The notes below the pieces were generated by a model. The model was not told where the DNA came from. It searched no databases and saw only the letters and a list, made by a program, of their open reading frames with translations. 64,000 nt of DNA from Spirochaetia bacterium (GTDB lineage Bacteria > Spirochaetota > Spirochaetia > SP-2023), in assembly GCA_965263295.1 (NCBI GenBank), contig OZ253665.1, forward strand, positions 1,856,001-1,920,000, read 5' to 3'. Position numbers and translations under genes: made by a program. This document shows, one piece after another, positions 1-11,154 of this stretch (position 1 is its first letter; each line of letters opens with the position of its first letter).

Positions 1-238
1 GGCGAGCCTTGAGCTGGACTAGACTGAATTCTGGCTCTTTGGCTTCAGTTGGGCGTCCGAGATGACTCATCAGAATCAGTGCGGCTCCGTGCTCTAGCAC
101 ATAATTGATAGAGGGCAATGCAGCGCGAATACGGGTGTCGTCGGTAATTTCTCCCGCCTTCAGAGGCACGTTGAAATCGACGCGCATCAATACGCGCTTG
201 TCTTGCAGTGCCATTTCGGTAATTTTTTTAACAGCCAT
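1..238 (-). CDS. pgk: Phosphoglycerate kinase, N-terminal part (runs off window start)
   Basis: Minus-strand frame from ATG 238 reads [44 protein letters not shown]...LMSHLGRP, with the PGK RVDFNVP and SHLGRP motifs; directly downstream of gap. Confidence 0.95.
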   Translation of the reverse strand, partial: MAVKKITEMALQDKRVLMRVDFNVPLKAGEITDDTRIRAALPSINYVLEHGAALILMSHLGRPTEAKEPEFSLVQLKAR

Positions 239-250
239 GTAATATTCCCG

Positions 251-1249
251 TTATGCTAATTTCAAAGCCAAGTCAACTACACGGTTGGAGTAACCCCATT
301 CATTGTCGTACCAAGAAATGACTTTGAAGAAACCTGGGCCTTTTTTCAGGGTTAACTCGGCATCAAAGATAGAGGAGTGGGTATTGCCGAAAATGTCACG
401 TGAAACAATCGGGTCCGTTTCATATTGCAGGATACCTTTCATCGGGCCTTCGGCTGCAGTTTTGATTGCAGCGTTTAAATCCTCAATGGAAGGATCATCT
501 TTCAGTTGCACGGTGAGGTCGACAACCGAACCGGTGGGAGTGGGGACACGCATGGCAAAGCCGTGCATTTTACCCTCTAGCTCAGGAATCACCTGGCTGA
601 TGGCCTTAGCGGCTCCAGTCGATGTCGGGATGATCGACAAGGCAGCGGAACGGGCGCGGCGCAGGTCGGAGTGGGGCTGATCCAACAAGGCCTGGTCGTT
701 GGTGTAGGAGTGGATGGTATTCATCAAACCGTGCTCAATCGTAAAATGATCGTTGATAACTTTGCTGATTGGAGCCAGACAGTTGGTCGTGCAAGAAGCA
801 TTAGAGAAAGCCGTGTTGCTCAAGTTGATGGAACTGTCGTTGACGCCCATCACGATAGTTTGGTCAATGGTGTCTCCGGCGGGAACAGTCAGGATCACCT
901 TCTTGGCGCCGGCCTTGATGTGGTCCTTGTAGCCGCCCTTTTCACTTTCAGCCTTGCGGAAAATACCGGTAGATTCAATGGCAATATCGACCCCAGACTG
1001 TCCCCAGGGAAGCTTGGCGGGACTGCGTTCCGCCAATACTTTGATCTCCTTGCCGTCGACGACAATGGCAGCATCTTTTGCTTCAACATTTTTGTTGTAG
1101 ACACCGTAGGCAGAATCATATTTCAACAGGTGAGCTAAAGTCTTGACATCCGTCAAATCATTGATGGCGACGACCTCAATACCACGGTCCAAAGCAATTT
1201 TAAATACGGCGCGACCAATGCGACCGAAACCGTTAATAGCGATCTTCAT
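251..1249 (-). CDS. gap: Type I glyceraldehyde-3-phosphate dehydrogenase
   Basis: INGFGRIGR Rossmann motif, catalytic ASCTTNCLAP, WYDNEWGYS. Confidence 0.98.
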   Translation of the reverse strand: MKIAINGFGRIGRAVFKIALDRGIEVVAINDLTDVKTLAHLLKYDSAYGVYNKNVEAKDAAIVVDGKEIKVLAERSPAKLPWGQSGVDIAIESTGIFRKAESEKGGYKDHIKAGAKKVILTVPAGDTIDQTIVMGVNDSSINLSNTAFSNASCTTNCLAPISKVINDHFTIEHGLMNTIHSYTNDQALLDQPHSDLRRARSAALSIIPTSTGAAKAISQVIPELEGKMHGFAMRVPTPTGSVVDLTVQLKDDPSIEDLNAAIKTAAEGPMKGILQYETDPIVSRDIFGNTHSSIFDAELTLKKGPGFFKVISWYDNEWGYSNRVVDLALKLA

Positions 1250-1561
1250 AAAAAGACCTCCTTATTCAGACTTCTATTTTTTTCAGCGACTCTAATGTTA
1301 CTGTCGATCAAATTATATAGGAGCGAAAACGAATAGTCAAATGCAATTTATTTTGCAAAATCAAGTAAAAAACCATATTTGCCTGTTTATATCCCTTATT
1401 ATTTGATTAATTTGACTAAACAATGAAAAATGGACTAAGCTTACAAATGTCATAAAATATAAACACCAAAGATTATGCAAGGTAAACAGAGTTGTATACC
1501 ACCGGACATCAAGGTTATCGGCAGTCAAGCCCCAAGGTGCAAAATATCACTAATAAATGTA

Positions 1562-3409
1562 CTAATCAATTAGATCTATTTGAGACTCCTTGGCAGGCGG
1601 GATAACTAAACGCCAGCCGGGATGAATCAGGCTGGGAATACGGATTAAGTTTTTATTACGCTGATAGATACGTTTCCACTGGAAGGGGTCGCCGTAGATA
1701 TCGGCATAGCCGGCAATGCGCCATAGACAATCTTCTGGTTTGACTTTGCGCACGGTGTAGTAGCCGAAAATGGCATACTGTACGTTGTATTGGTCAACTA
1801 GGCGGGCGGCTTCTTCAAAGTAGTGCTGGGCCTTGGGAAGCTCGTTTTTATTGCGGGCCTGTACGCCATTTTCCCAACTGCTAATAGCTTGTTTCAATAG
1901 TAGTTGGGCATCGCTGAGTAAAGCTTGCTTGCCTGTTTGTAAACCGTCATCGCTGACATACTGCGCAGACTCCTGAAGAGCGGTATCTCGACCCGAGATC
2001 GTTTGTGACTCGGGTTCTTCCTGACTATATATGGTTGCGTTGTCAGCCGTTTCTGTCTGTGATTCGGATAGCGGGATAAAATCGTCGCCCTCCGCTGTGC
2101 CAGGAGTTGAATTTGGGGTCTGTGAATCGTGGGGAGAATTTGAGACTTGACTCCCTTCAAATGGATTTCCTTCGCGGGAGTTCTCTCCATCAAAGGCATT
2201 TTTGTCGGGCGTCGACGACATATTAGAATCCCCCAAAGATTGGGTAATCGCATTGATCTGCCAGCTGGCCGTAAAACTTTGGGCCTGAGCCATCAGCGAT
2301 AGATGATGATCTTGCAATTCCGGCTGCGCCAGTAAAGACAGGGTGGGGCCGATATCCCCCCCTGCTTGACTCGTTTGCGGGGAGGCATCGGGCACAGTGG
2401 AAGGAAAGAAGTCGGCGCTGACTTGCGGTTCTTGCAGTTCGGACTCGTCGCGTGGCCGTTGACCACTCGGCTCCGCGCTGTCGATTTCTAGCAATGGATG
2501 CTCGCGCAAATAGGCATCGCCGCTCCAAGGCTCAATATCCAATTCATTGCCCTCTGAATCAATGACTTTGCGCTTGGACGCTGTCTCTAGACGTTTTTGG
2601 ATGCTTTTTAACAGGGTATCAATTTTACCGGGATCGAGGGCCCCAGAATGGCGCAATGCCTCGCTCAGGTAGTAACGGGCATCGTAGAGGTCTTGCTCCA
2701 TACTCTGCATGTCGCCGCGTGCGTGATGTTCTATAGCGCTCTCGTAAGCATTGCGGCCTTGTTGTTCCAGCTCTGCAGATTCGCCTGCCAAGTCTTGGCG
2801 ACTAGCTTCTCCCTGCAGGCCGGCGACTTCCTGGCGCAATTGATCCAGCCAATCCAGGTTAGCTGCCAGGGCGCCAACTACGGCATCGACATTAGGAATT
2901 ATCGACTGATAGAGGTCCAGAGATTCTTCGTTATCGCCGCTCTGAATTTGATCGCGTAGCTGCCGAAGTAGCTCGCGCGAACGGGCATCGTATTCGGGCA
3001 TATACAAAGAGGCATTCAGTTCGTCCAGGTCGGTTTCGTAATTATCAATAGTCTGGAGCCAAAGGTCGCGGGATTTCCCCACGGCTTCATTATAAGCCTG
3101 GTTTGCCTTGTCGATGGCAGACAAGTACTGTGCTCGTTGAGCCCCTTCGTCTTGCCCCGGGTCTTTTTCCTGAGCGTTGCGCAAATCCAGATAAGCTTCG
3201 TCGAGCAGCTTGGGGCTAATCTCTGCGGCACCGGCCGCCTCGGCGCGAGCGATGGCACCTTTGGCCTTTTCTTCTAAACTTTGTAATTTGTCGTTGTCAG
3301 CACTCTGTTCCTGGACGACAGGCTCTACTGCGGGCTTACTGGCACAGGAATATGGCAATCCAATCAATATAAGCGCAAACAGTAAAGAATAAAATACTTG
3401 TTTTTTCAT
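1562..3409 (-). CDS. Putative lipoprotein with helical N-terminal region, disordered linker and C-terminal LysM domain
   Basis: Likely start MKKQVFYSLLFALILIGLPYSC (signal plus Cys); C-terminal YTVRKVKPEDCLWRIAG...IYQRNKNLIRIPSLIHPGWRLVIP is LysM-like. The ORF track starts upstream at 3457. Confidence 0.75.
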   Translation of the reverse strand: MKKQVFYSLLFALILIGLPYSCASKPAVEPVVQEQSADNDKLQSLEEKAKGAIARAEAAGAAEISPKLLDEAYLDLRNAQEKDPGQDEGAQRAQYLSAIDKANQAYNEAVGKSRDLWLQTIDNYETDLDELNASLYMPEYDARSRELLRQLRDQIQSGDNEESLDLYQSIIPNVDAVVGALAANLDWLDQLRQEVAGLQGEASRQDLAGESAELEQQGRNAYESAIEHHARGDMQSMEQDLYDARYYLSEALRHSGALDPGKIDTLLKSIQKRLETASKRKVIDSEGNELDIEPWSGDAYLREHPLLEIDSAEPSGQRPRDESELQEPQVSADFFPSTVPDASPQTSQAGGDIGPTLSLLAQPELQDHHLSLMAQAQSFTASWQINAITQSLGDSNMSSTPDKNAFDGENSREGNPFEGSQVSNSPHDSQTPNSTPGTAEGDDFIPLSESQTETADNATIYSQEEPESQTISGRDTALQESAQYVSDDGLQTGKQALLSDAQLLLKQAISSWENGVQARNKNELPKAQHYFEEAARLVDQYNVQYAIFGYYTVRKVKPEDCLWRIAGYADIYGDPFQWKRIYQRNKNLIRIPSLIHPGWRLVIPPAKESQIDLID

Positions 3410-3933
3410 GATATGAAGAGCGACAATCATCGAACGTAAACTGTCGAAGAAATACATAGAGGACTCCTTGGATCACAATCTAGTTATTTAGTTTGCAAAA
3501 TTTTATGCCAACTACTGGCATGTATTATTTTACTGCACGATACGATTATAAACTATATCCTATATATGGCAGAATGAATACGGCAACAGCACCTTAATTT
3601 TCTACATTTGTTAGAACCTGAACAATTCCAGCTGAGCAGGCCATTACAACGCGACAACGCGACAGCTGGCACATTAAGAGGCGCATTTCAATCAAGTTTG
3701 TCAGGTTACCCATTTGCCCATGTAAACAGCCAAAAAATTAATTGCTTTTGTGGTAATTAAATTATAAAATCAGCTTGCTGTAGAAATTACATGAAATCTT
3801 AAGGCGAGCCAAATGGCTGCAAGCGAGGCTATTTTACTTGGGGTGCTGGGAGTCCCTGCCAGGCTTGGGAGGGGACGCCCAGCCCAGCCATTGATTTAAC
3901 GAAAAATTGGTGAAAGCACAGGAGCTTAAATAG

Positions 3934-6594
3934 ATGCCAACTGAGCATGGATACTTGATATTTGAAAATGGTTCCAAATGGTTAAAAGCAGATTTCCACT
4001 TACATACGAGAGCGGATAAAGAATTCGTGTATGATGAAAATAACGCTGGATATCCTTCTGAAAATACCTTTCCAGCTGCTTACATTGCTCAATTGAAAGA
4101 GCAAAATATTAATCTGGGCGTTATCACCAACCACAATAAGTTTGATTATAAAGAATTTAAGGCTCTTCAAAAGAAAGCCAAGAGAGAAGAGATATTCTTG
4201 CTGCCTGGTGTCGAACTCTCTGTAAATGATGGGGCAAATGGAATCCATACTTTGATTATTTTCTCTGATGAATGGATTGCCGATAGTAATGATTATATCA
4301 ATCCTTTTATTGCTACAATGTTTCCCGGTAAATCGGCTTCTGAATACCAAGATGAGAATGGGAGAAGTGATAAAAATATTCTGCAAGTTGTCGAAGAATT
4401 AGAAAAGACAAATAGAGATTATTTTCTGGTTTTTGCACATGTAGAACAGCGAAGTGGCTTATGGCAAGAAATGGCAGGAGGAAAATTAAGCGATTTTGCT
4501 TCAGATCGCTATGCTGCCGTCAGAAATCGCACATTGGGATTTCAAAAGGTCAGGAGCAAAGATAAGCGTGGTCAAGTAAGAGAATTTCTCGGCAACTGGT
4601 ATCCAGCTGAATTAGAAGGCTCAGACTGCAAGTCAATAGATGAAATCGGAACAAAAAAGGGAGAGACATGGCTTAAAATTGGAGATTTTTCTTTTGAAGC
4701 CCTTAAATATGCTTTGAAAGATTTCTCAAGCCGGGTTAGACCATCAGAACCAGAAAGATATAAACATTCATATATAAAAAATATTTCGTTTGAAGGAGGT
4801 GTTTTAAATGGGCATTCCATCCCCTTTTCTCCAGAATTAAATACGCTTATTGGCATTCGGGGAAGCGGAAAATCATCCATACTGGAAGCAATACGCTATG
4901 TTCTCAATATCCCTCTGGAAGAAAAAGCAACCGATATTGAATATAAAAATCGTTTAATCCAACATACACTGGGCAGTGGTGGTAAAGCTATAGTAACAGC
5001 CATTGATCAATATGGACTAGAATTTCAGATAAAACGGATTCTAAATGAATTTCCGCAAGTATATGTTAATGACAAGTTGCAGCCCGGTGTTTCCATAGGT
5101 GAAACCATTATCAATAATCCTATATATTTTGGTCAAAAAGATCTCTCCTCAAGTGGTGAAGGCTTTGAGAAAGACCTGGTCGAAAAACTTGTCGGTAAAA
5201 ATTTATATGATTTGCGACGAAGAATTGAAGAACAAAAACAAGTAGTTGCGGACCAAGTATCCAAACTGCGTAAGATTTCCAATATTGATGAACTGATAAG
5301 AGAAAACACTCAGAAGAGAGAAGATACTCAATTCAGACTCAAAAAGTTTGCTCAATATGGAATAGAGGAAAAGTTAAAAAAACAGACAGATTTCAATGCG
5401 GATGATCGCAAATTGCAAAAGATACTAGCTGATATAAAGCGTTTTATTGAAGGCATTGATACCCTTTTGGAAGAGAATGAGGATACTATCAAAAATAATA
5501 TTGAGTATAAATCAGCCCAGAATCAGGATTTCTTTGCAGGATTCTTTGAAATATACGATGCTATCGTAACTATTGTTGATAATATCAAAAGTAAAAAAAT
5601 AGTAGCTGATAAGGCTTTAAATTCAATGCAAGACAAATACTCTGGTTTTCAGGCTCTCAGTAAAAAGTTTACCGATGAGTTTGCCCAGACAAGAAGAGAC
5701 ATAGAAGCCGAACTAAAATCTACAGGGGCTGAAGCAATAAACCTTGAAGAATATCCAGAGTTAAAAAGAAAAATTGCTACGGCAAGTAATATGCTGGTTG
5801 CTTTGAAAAAAGAGCAAGAGAACAAAACATCTCTACAAAATAAGCTAAGTCAGGCTTTATCCTGCTTAAATGACCTGTGGCTTAAAGAGTTTGAACAGAT
5901 AAAAAAGCTGTTGGATTCAATGAATAACAGAAACTCAGCCCTAAGGATTGAGATAAAATATAAAGGTGACAAAAAAGGTTTTGGGGATTTTTTCAAAAAC
6001 ACATTTAGAGGCAGCAACATTAGAGTTAAGACATTTGATGGATTAGTGGATTCTTATCCAGACTTTGGTGCTATATATAAAGATTTGGAGCAGGCTAAAA
6101 CCATGGCAGGCTCCTCTCCCGAAACATTTGAGCAGTATTTCATGGAAAATCTTGGGACCCTGCTGACCTATCAGGTAGAAAATAAATTTTCTATATATTA
6201 TCGTGATAAGGAGCTGCAGCATCATTCTTTAGGACAGCGAGCCTCCGCGCTAATACTTTTTATCCTCAATCGACAAGACAATGCTTTGATTATTGTTGAT
6301 CAGCCCGAGGATGACCTGGATAATCAAACGATTTATGCCGATGTAATCAAATTAATCAGAGATTTAAAGCCTGGCATCCAGTTTATATTGGCTACCCATA
6401 ATGCGAATTTTCCGGTACTTGGTGATGCAGAACAGATTATTGCATGTAAATATAGTGACGAAAAAATTGAGAATAAAATCGGAAGTATAGATGCAGCTAT
6501 TATGCAAAAAGAAATCGTTGACATAATGGAAGGTGGTGAAGATGCTTTTAATCGGCGTAAAGAGATATACGGAATATGGAAACCTCAGAACTAA
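3934..6594 (+). CDS. PHP phosphoesterase fused to ABC/SMC-like ATPase (TrlF/Ppl-like)
   Basis: PHP motifs DFHLHT, ITNHN, GVEL, AHV, GSDC; Walker A GIRGSGKS; long coiled coil; signature SLGQR; Walker B/D-loop IIVDQPEDDLD; H-loop ATHNAN. Visibly AT-rich. Confidence 0.85.
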   Translation: MPTEHGYLIFENGSKWLKADFHLHTRADKEFVYDENNAGYPSENTFPAAYIAQLKEQNINLGVITNHNKFDYKEFKALQKKAKREEIFLLPGVELSVNDGANGIHTLIIFSDEWIADSNDYINPFIATMFPGKSASEYQDENGRSDKNILQVVEELEKTNRDYFLVFAHVEQRSGLWQEMAGGKLSDFASDRYAAVRNRTLGFQKVRSKDKRGQVREFLGNWYPAELEGSDCKSIDEIGTKKGETWLKIGDFSFEALKYALKDFSSRVRPSEPERYKHSYIKNISFEGGVLNGHSIPFSPELNTLIGIRGSGKSSILEAIRYVLNIPLEEKATDIEYKNRLIQHTLGSGGKAIVTAIDQYGLEFQIKRILNEFPQVYVNDKLQPGVSIGETIINNPIYFGQKDLSSSGEGFEKDLVEKLVGKNLYDLRRRIEEQKQVVADQVSKLRKISNIDELIRENTQKREDTQFRLKKFAQYGIEEKLKKQTDFNADDRKLQKILADIKRFIEGIDTLLEENEDTIKNNIEYKSAQNQDFFAGFFEIYDAIVTIVDNIKSKKIVADKALNSMQDKYSGFQALSKKFTDEFAQTRRDIEAELKSTGAEAINLEEYPELKRKIATASNMLVALKKEQENKTSLQNKLSQALSCLNDLWLKEFEQIKKLLDSMNNRNSALRIEIKYKGDKKGFGDFFKNTFRGSNIRVKTFDGLVDSYPDFGAIYKDLEQAKTMAGSSPETFEQYFMENLGTLLTYQVENKFSIYYRDKELQHHSLGQRASALILFILNRQDNALIIVDQPEDDLDNQTIYADVIKLIRDLKPGIQFILATHNANFPVLGDAEQIIACKYSDEKIENKIGSIDAAIMQKEIVDIMEGGEDAFNRRKEIYGIWKPQN

Positions 6595-7727
6595 TTGAAA
6601 TTATTTCCAGAGGTGAAGATAGTAGATATCAATTTAAGGAGAATCTGCATAATGTCGATTCCCTGGCTGGAGAAATAGTTGCCTTCTGTAATTCTGGGGG
6701 CGGCACAATTATTGTTGGAGTCAACGATAAAACTTTAGCAGTAACAGGGCTGCGTCCTGAAGATATTGCAAGGCTCAATCAATTATTGTCAAACGCAGCA
6801 TCTCAGTCTGTTAAACCTCCTATCAATCCACAGTCTGAGAATGTCGCTCATCCAGATGGTTTAGTCATGGTTATTAATATCCCGGATGGAATTAGTAAAC
6901 CATATATGGATAATAAAAGTTCAATTTGGGTAAAGTGCGGCAGTGATAAGCGAAAAGTTACTAGCCGCGAAGAAATGCAGCGAATTTTTCAGTCTGCTGG
7001 CTTAATTCATGGCGATGAGCTCCCTGCTAATGGTTTACCTATTTCAGATATTGATTTGCCATTTTTTGAAGGTTTCTTCCAAAGAGAGTATGCAGAAACT
7101 ATAGAAGAGCAAGAGAATCCGCTACCAAGCATTTTGGAATATATGAATCTTGCTAAAGCTGGAGTCTTCAATGTCGCCGGTGCATTACTTTTTGCAAAAA
7201 ATACACATTTCCGGTTGCCAACTTTTATTATCAAAACAGTAGCTTATCCTGGCAATATCATCTCTACAGACAAATACTTAGACAGCAGAGATATAAATGG
7301 GAAAATTTCCGATATGTTTCAGCAGGCGATTTCTTTTATTTCCGTGAATGTTCGACATCCACAAAACCAAAAAGTTATAAATTCTGTCGGGGATACTCTA
7401 ATTCCCCAAATTGTCCTTGAAGAACTAATTGCCAATGCTTTAATACATCGTGATTATTTTACTACGGCCCCAATTCGAGTCTTGGTATTTGCGGACAGAG
7501 TGGAGATTATTAGCCCGGGTCATCTCCCCAATAACCTGACTGTAGAAAATATAATCTTGGGCAACTCAAATATCAGAAACCCTATTCTGGCTTCTTTTGC
7601 AGCAAAATTACTGCCCTATCGGGGGCTCGGTAGAGGAATTATAAAGGCTTTAAAAGCTTATCCCAACAAAATCAAATTCAAGGATGATCGTGACGGTAAT
7701 ATGTTTAAAGTAAGTATTAGTCTGTAA
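6576..7727 (+). CDS. AlbA_2/Schlafen-like domain plus HATPase_c_4 (RecG C-terminal-like) protein
   Basis: GEDSRYQFKE...IVAFCNSGGGTIIVGVND at the N-terminus; EELIANALIHRDY, RVEIISPG, RNPILA, GRGI at the C-terminus; overlaps the upstream gene by 19 bp. Confidence 0.85.
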   Translation: METSELIEIISRGEDSRYQFKENLHNVDSLAGEIVAFCNSGGGTIIVGVNDKTLAVTGLRPEDIARLNQLLSNAASQSVKPPINPQSENVAHPDGLVMVINIPDGISKPYMDNKSSIWVKCGSDKRKVTSREEMQRIFQSAGLIHGDELPANGLPISDIDLPFFEGFFQREYAETIEEQENPLPSILEYMNLAKAGVFNVAGALLFAKNTHFRLPTFIIKTVAYPGNIISTDKYLDSRDINGKISDMFQQAISFISVNVRHPQNQKVINSVGDTLIPQIVLEELIANALIHRDYFTTAPIRVLVFADRVEIISPGHLPNNLTVENIILGNSNIRNPILASFAAKLLPYRGLGRGIIKALKAYPNKIKFKDDRDGNMFKVSISL

Positions 7728-7957
7728 GGAAAGATCTTAAGCGACTGAAACGAAGAGGGTGTTTGAGGACATCCGCCGGCTGAGAAGATAATAGTTATGC
7801 AAGGTAGCTTGGGCTCTGCCTGTAAGATCCTTTATAGATTTGCCAGCCGAAGTCGACCATGACTTACGAAAAGAATAAATAAATCTATAACTAAAAGCTA
7901 GGTGTATATCAAATTTCAAACAAATAACTTAATCAGCCAATGGATTAAGTTGTTAAG

Positions 7958-8620
7958 CTACTGGCTTGAAAGAGTGTGATCCCAAACAGATATCCGATAA
8001 TTTACGACATCATCAATAGTCAAAACTACCATGTCGTTTTTTACTGCAAAATTTATTATTGTTGGCAATTTTGCCATTGAACCATCCTCGTTTGTCAGCT
8101 CACATAAAACAGCAGCTGGCATAAAACCGGCCATTTCAACCAGGTCGACACTACCTTCCGTGTGTCCACGTCTGCTTAATACTCCACCAGTTCTGGCCCT
8201 TAAAGGAAAAATATGGCCGGGACGATTTAAATCTTCAGGTTTACAATTGGGATTAACCGCTGTTTTTATAGTTGTAACCCGATCCTGTGCAGATACTCCT
8301 GTAGTTATACCAACACTTGCTTCTATCGATACAGTAAAAGCGGTCTCATATTTACTGGTATTATTCTTTACCATTTGTGGTAATTGCAATTGCTGAATTT
8401 TTTCATCAGTAAGGCAGAGACAAACTATACCACTGCATTCTTTTATTAGCATTGCCATCTGGCTATTGGTAATAGTTGCGGCCGGGAAAATAATGTCGCC
8501 TTCGTTTTCACGATCTTCATCGTCAACCAAGAGTATACCTTTGCCATTTTTAAGGTCTAACAAAGCCCGTTCTATTCGCGCGCTTGAATCTCCAAATTCA
8601 GTTAAAAGGTGATTTTCCAT
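7958..8620 (-). CDS. ribB: 3,4-dihydroxy-2-butanone 4-phosphate synthase
   Basis: [42 protein letters not shown] motifs. Confidence 0.96.
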   Translation of the reverse strand: MENHLLTEFGDSSARIERALLDLKNGKGILLVDDEDRENEGDIIFPAATITNSQMAMLIKECSGIVCLCLTDEKIQQLQLPQMVKNNTSKYETAFTVSIEASVGITTGVSAQDRVTTIKTAVNPNCKPEDLNRPGHIFPLRARTGGVLSRRGHTEGSVDLVEMAGFMPAAVLCELTNEDGSMAKLPTIINFAVKNDMVVLTIDDVVNYRISVWDHTLSSQ

Positions 8621-8653
8621 TTTTAACTCTCCTTTTTAATTCTCCTTGATGAA

Positions 8654-9799
8654 TCAGCTGCGGGGGGCATTGGGGGCGGGCACAAATTCACCGTTGCGAA
8701 ACACAGAAAAGTAGACTTGACTGGGGTACTTCTTAGCTTTAGCCAGCTGTTTGTTGTGCCCCTGGTAAATTTGTGACTGTCCGGCAAGTTGGTTTCCCAC
8801 TTCAGAATCAACCTTGCCCAATGGTTCTCCCTTGCGGATCTCTTGCCCCGTGTTGACAAGAAAGTGTACATTGCCGCCATAGAGGTAGATATAGCCATCT
8901 TCACTGGCTACTAATGTCACTGAGCCATAGCTGCGGTAGGGCCCCTGCCACAGTACTCTGCCGTCGCGTACAGAATAGACCAGGCTCTGGTCGCGTGCCA
9001 TTATACGTACCCCCTCAACCTTGCCGTTCAAGGCTTCGCGACGCCCAGAAGCCGGCCAGTAGTAATCCTCTTTCGCCACGTCGTTAGAGATTTCACTGCT
9101 TTGTGCCGACACATTGTGCCTAGGTTTAGGCCGGCTTTCCTCCGCCAAGGCTTTGACGACAATTTTTTGCCCTTGTTTGAGCATGCCGTTGGCACTCAGG
9201 CCATTCAGCTCCAGTAATTCATCCGTAGACATGAAGTACTTGCGGGCGATGGCATAATAGGTTTCGCCTGGGGCGACGGTATGGATACTGTAGCCACTCT
9301 TGATGCTTTCTTCTGAGCGTTTGCCGCGACCGGGGAAATTTTTGGCCGGAATTTTGAGCAGCATTCCCAGTTTGAGTTCCGAACTATTTTCCAGCTCATT
9401 GACACTCATTATTTCGTTGACCGAGACTCCATAACGCCGGGCCAGCGAATATAGCGTATCTCCACTGCGGACCTCATAGTCTTGGGTCGGGGTGTCGTAG
9501 GCGACCAGCCGGGTCGCCAGTGCAAGGATCAGAGACAACGGGACAAAATACCGGTGGAAACTTGGCGTCGTCGTGGCGCTTGTATCCTGGCTTTCGCGCT
9601 TATCAGCTGGACCAGTCGTGGCGAAACCAGGCAAAAACATCGACCACAAAGTATGCCTGGCCCGAATCAAGATGATATGTTTTGCAGCATGCTGGTTTGC
9701 CATTGATAATTCCCCCTCCAATCTATGGACGTGGCCAAGCTTATTCAAAATATTTGCAAGGACAAGCTTATTTGTCGCAATTTTCTGTATCGCGATCAA
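8654..9799 (-). CDS. LysM x2 / M23 peptidase-like (NlpD-like) envelope protein; true start probably downstream of 9799
   Basis: Two LysM repeats (YEVRSGDTLYSLARRYGV; HTVAPGETYYAIARKY) and a C-terminal M23-like fold that lacks canonical HxxxD/HxH, so probably a degenerate peptidase. Confidence 0.8.
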   Translation of the reverse strand: MIAIQKIATNKLVLANILNKLGHVHRLEGELSMANQHAAKHIILIRARHTLWSMFLPGFATTGPADKRESQDTSATTTPSFHRYFVPLSLILALATRLVAYDTPTQDYEVRSGDTLYSLARRYGVSVNEIMSVNELENSSELKLGMLLKIPAKNFPGRGKRSEESIKSGYSIHTVAPGETYYAIARKYFMSTDELLELNGLSANGMLKQGQKIVVKALAEESRPKPRHNVSAQSSEISNDVAKEDYYWPASGRREALNGKVEGVRIMARDQSLVYSVRDGRVLWQGPYRSYGSVTLVASEDGYIYLYGGNVHFLVNTGQEIRKGEPLGKVDSEVGNQLAGQSQIYQGHNKQLAKAKKYPSQVYFSVFRNGEFVPAPNAPRS

Positions 9800-9825
9800 A
9801 AAGCTGTAAAAATTTCTGGCTTGAG

Positions 9826-11112
9826 TCAGTTTTGAAAACCTCTTACTGAGCGCGATTTTTCTCCTTCGTGACTGTGGAGGTGGATATCCATTTGGGCAAA
9901 GGGGATTGTGATTCCATGATCACGGAAAACTCGCCACACTTCCATGTAGAACCAGTGGGTGGCTGCGCGGTAGACGTCGATGTTTTCGATCATGATGCGC
10001 ACTTCAAAGTCGATGGACGAGGCACCAAAAGCCTTGAGCCAGACATCATTGCCGACTCCCAGCTCTTGAAAGCTGACAAACTCCTGGGACTGCTGGTATG
10101 ACGCTTTTTCTGTCGCCGTGGGGCCATCTGAATCTTTTAGAGATATGGCGGAGTCTTGTTGGGAATCTATGGTTTCAGCTGGACTGGATATCTGCGGCCC
10201 TCGCTCTGGTAGATAAGGGTTGCGCAGTATGATTTGCTTAATTAATTTTAATACATGATCTAGGTCACTTTCATAGCTGACGCCCAATGGCAAGTGCAGT
10301 TGTACCGTGCGGTTTTTGTTGTAAGAGGCGTTTTCGATAATTTCATTGAGCAAATACTGGTTGGGGATAATCAGGTTTTCGTATTCGGTGGTCAGAACGA
10401 TGGTACTCATCAGCCCAATGCGTTCGACGGTGCCAAATGCATTGGGCGTGCGGATGAAGTCGCCACACTGAATGTGACCATTGAGCAGTAGGGTAATGCC
10501 GGAGACGAAGTTAGCGGCCATATTCTGCAAGCCAAAACCAACTCCCAGGCCGAGGGCACCGAGAATGACGCTCAGGGACGAGAGGTTTATGCCGACCAAG
10601 TTGATGCCGAAAAGGCAGAATAGCAGGAGTAAAACGTAGTGGCTGATTGTCAGCAAAGCTTGAATATTGTTTTTGTACAGGCGTTTCCTCAGTCTGCGGC
10701 TGTGTTCAAAGTTCAGCTCTAAGAGTTTGACGACACCCTCTGCCAGGCGGCTGGCCAGGAAGAAGATCGGCAGTAGCAGCGACAAAGAAATCAGACTGGG
10801 GCCGCTGTCCTTGCCAAAGAGTGGGCTAGTCAGGACTTTGCCAAATAAGCTAAAGCCTTCTTTCAGCTGTGGAAAATAAAAAGCTAGAGGCGGGTATAAA
10901 GCCAGTAGGAAGATGAACCAGCGAGAGTGCTGCCAGAACAGAAACAGACTGCGCATCCAATTATTTGCTTGGTTTTGCAAACGGGAGTTTTTAGTGCTCT
11001 GGCGCCTTAACAACCAGTAGATTGCGGCATAGCCGAGCAGCCAGGCGAGCATTGGCAATAAGCCAATCGTGATGAACTGCCGGTTGAGCAGCTGTGAAAA
11101 AAAGCTTTGCAA
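9826..11112 (-). CDS. MscS family mechanosensitive channel
   Basis: GLGVGFGLQNMAANFVSG, GTVERIGLMST, IIPNQ, GVSYESDL, FGASSIDF, ITIPFAQMDIH. Confidence 0.92.
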   Translation of the reverse strand: MQSFFSQLLNRQFITIGLLPMLAWLLGYAAIYWLLRRQSTKNSRLQNQANNWMRSLFLFWQHSRWFIFLLALYPPLAFYFPQLKEGFSLFGKVLTSPLFGKDSGPSLISLSLLLPIFFLASRLAEGVVKLLELNFEHSRRLRKRLYKNNIQALLTISHYVLLLLFCLFGINLVGINLSSLSVILGALGLGVGFGLQNMAANFVSGITLLLNGHIQCGDFIRTPNAFGTVERIGLMSTIVLTTEYENLIIPNQYLLNEIIENASYNKNRTVQLHLPLGVSYESDLDHVLKLIKQIILRNPYLPERGPQISSPAETIDSQQDSAISLKDSDGPTATEKASYQQSQEFVSFQELGVGNDVWLKAFGASSIDFEVRIMIENIDVYRAATHWFYMEVWRVFRDHGITIPFAQMDIHLHSHEGEKSRSVRGFQN

Positions 11113-11154
11113 GTTTCTTCCCTGTCGAGTTCTAATCAGCTTAATGTCTGATTA

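Noticed and set aside
8620..8660. FMN riboswitch upstream of ribB
   Set aside because: Only ~33 bp separate ribB from the upstream gene, and no RFN motif was seen.
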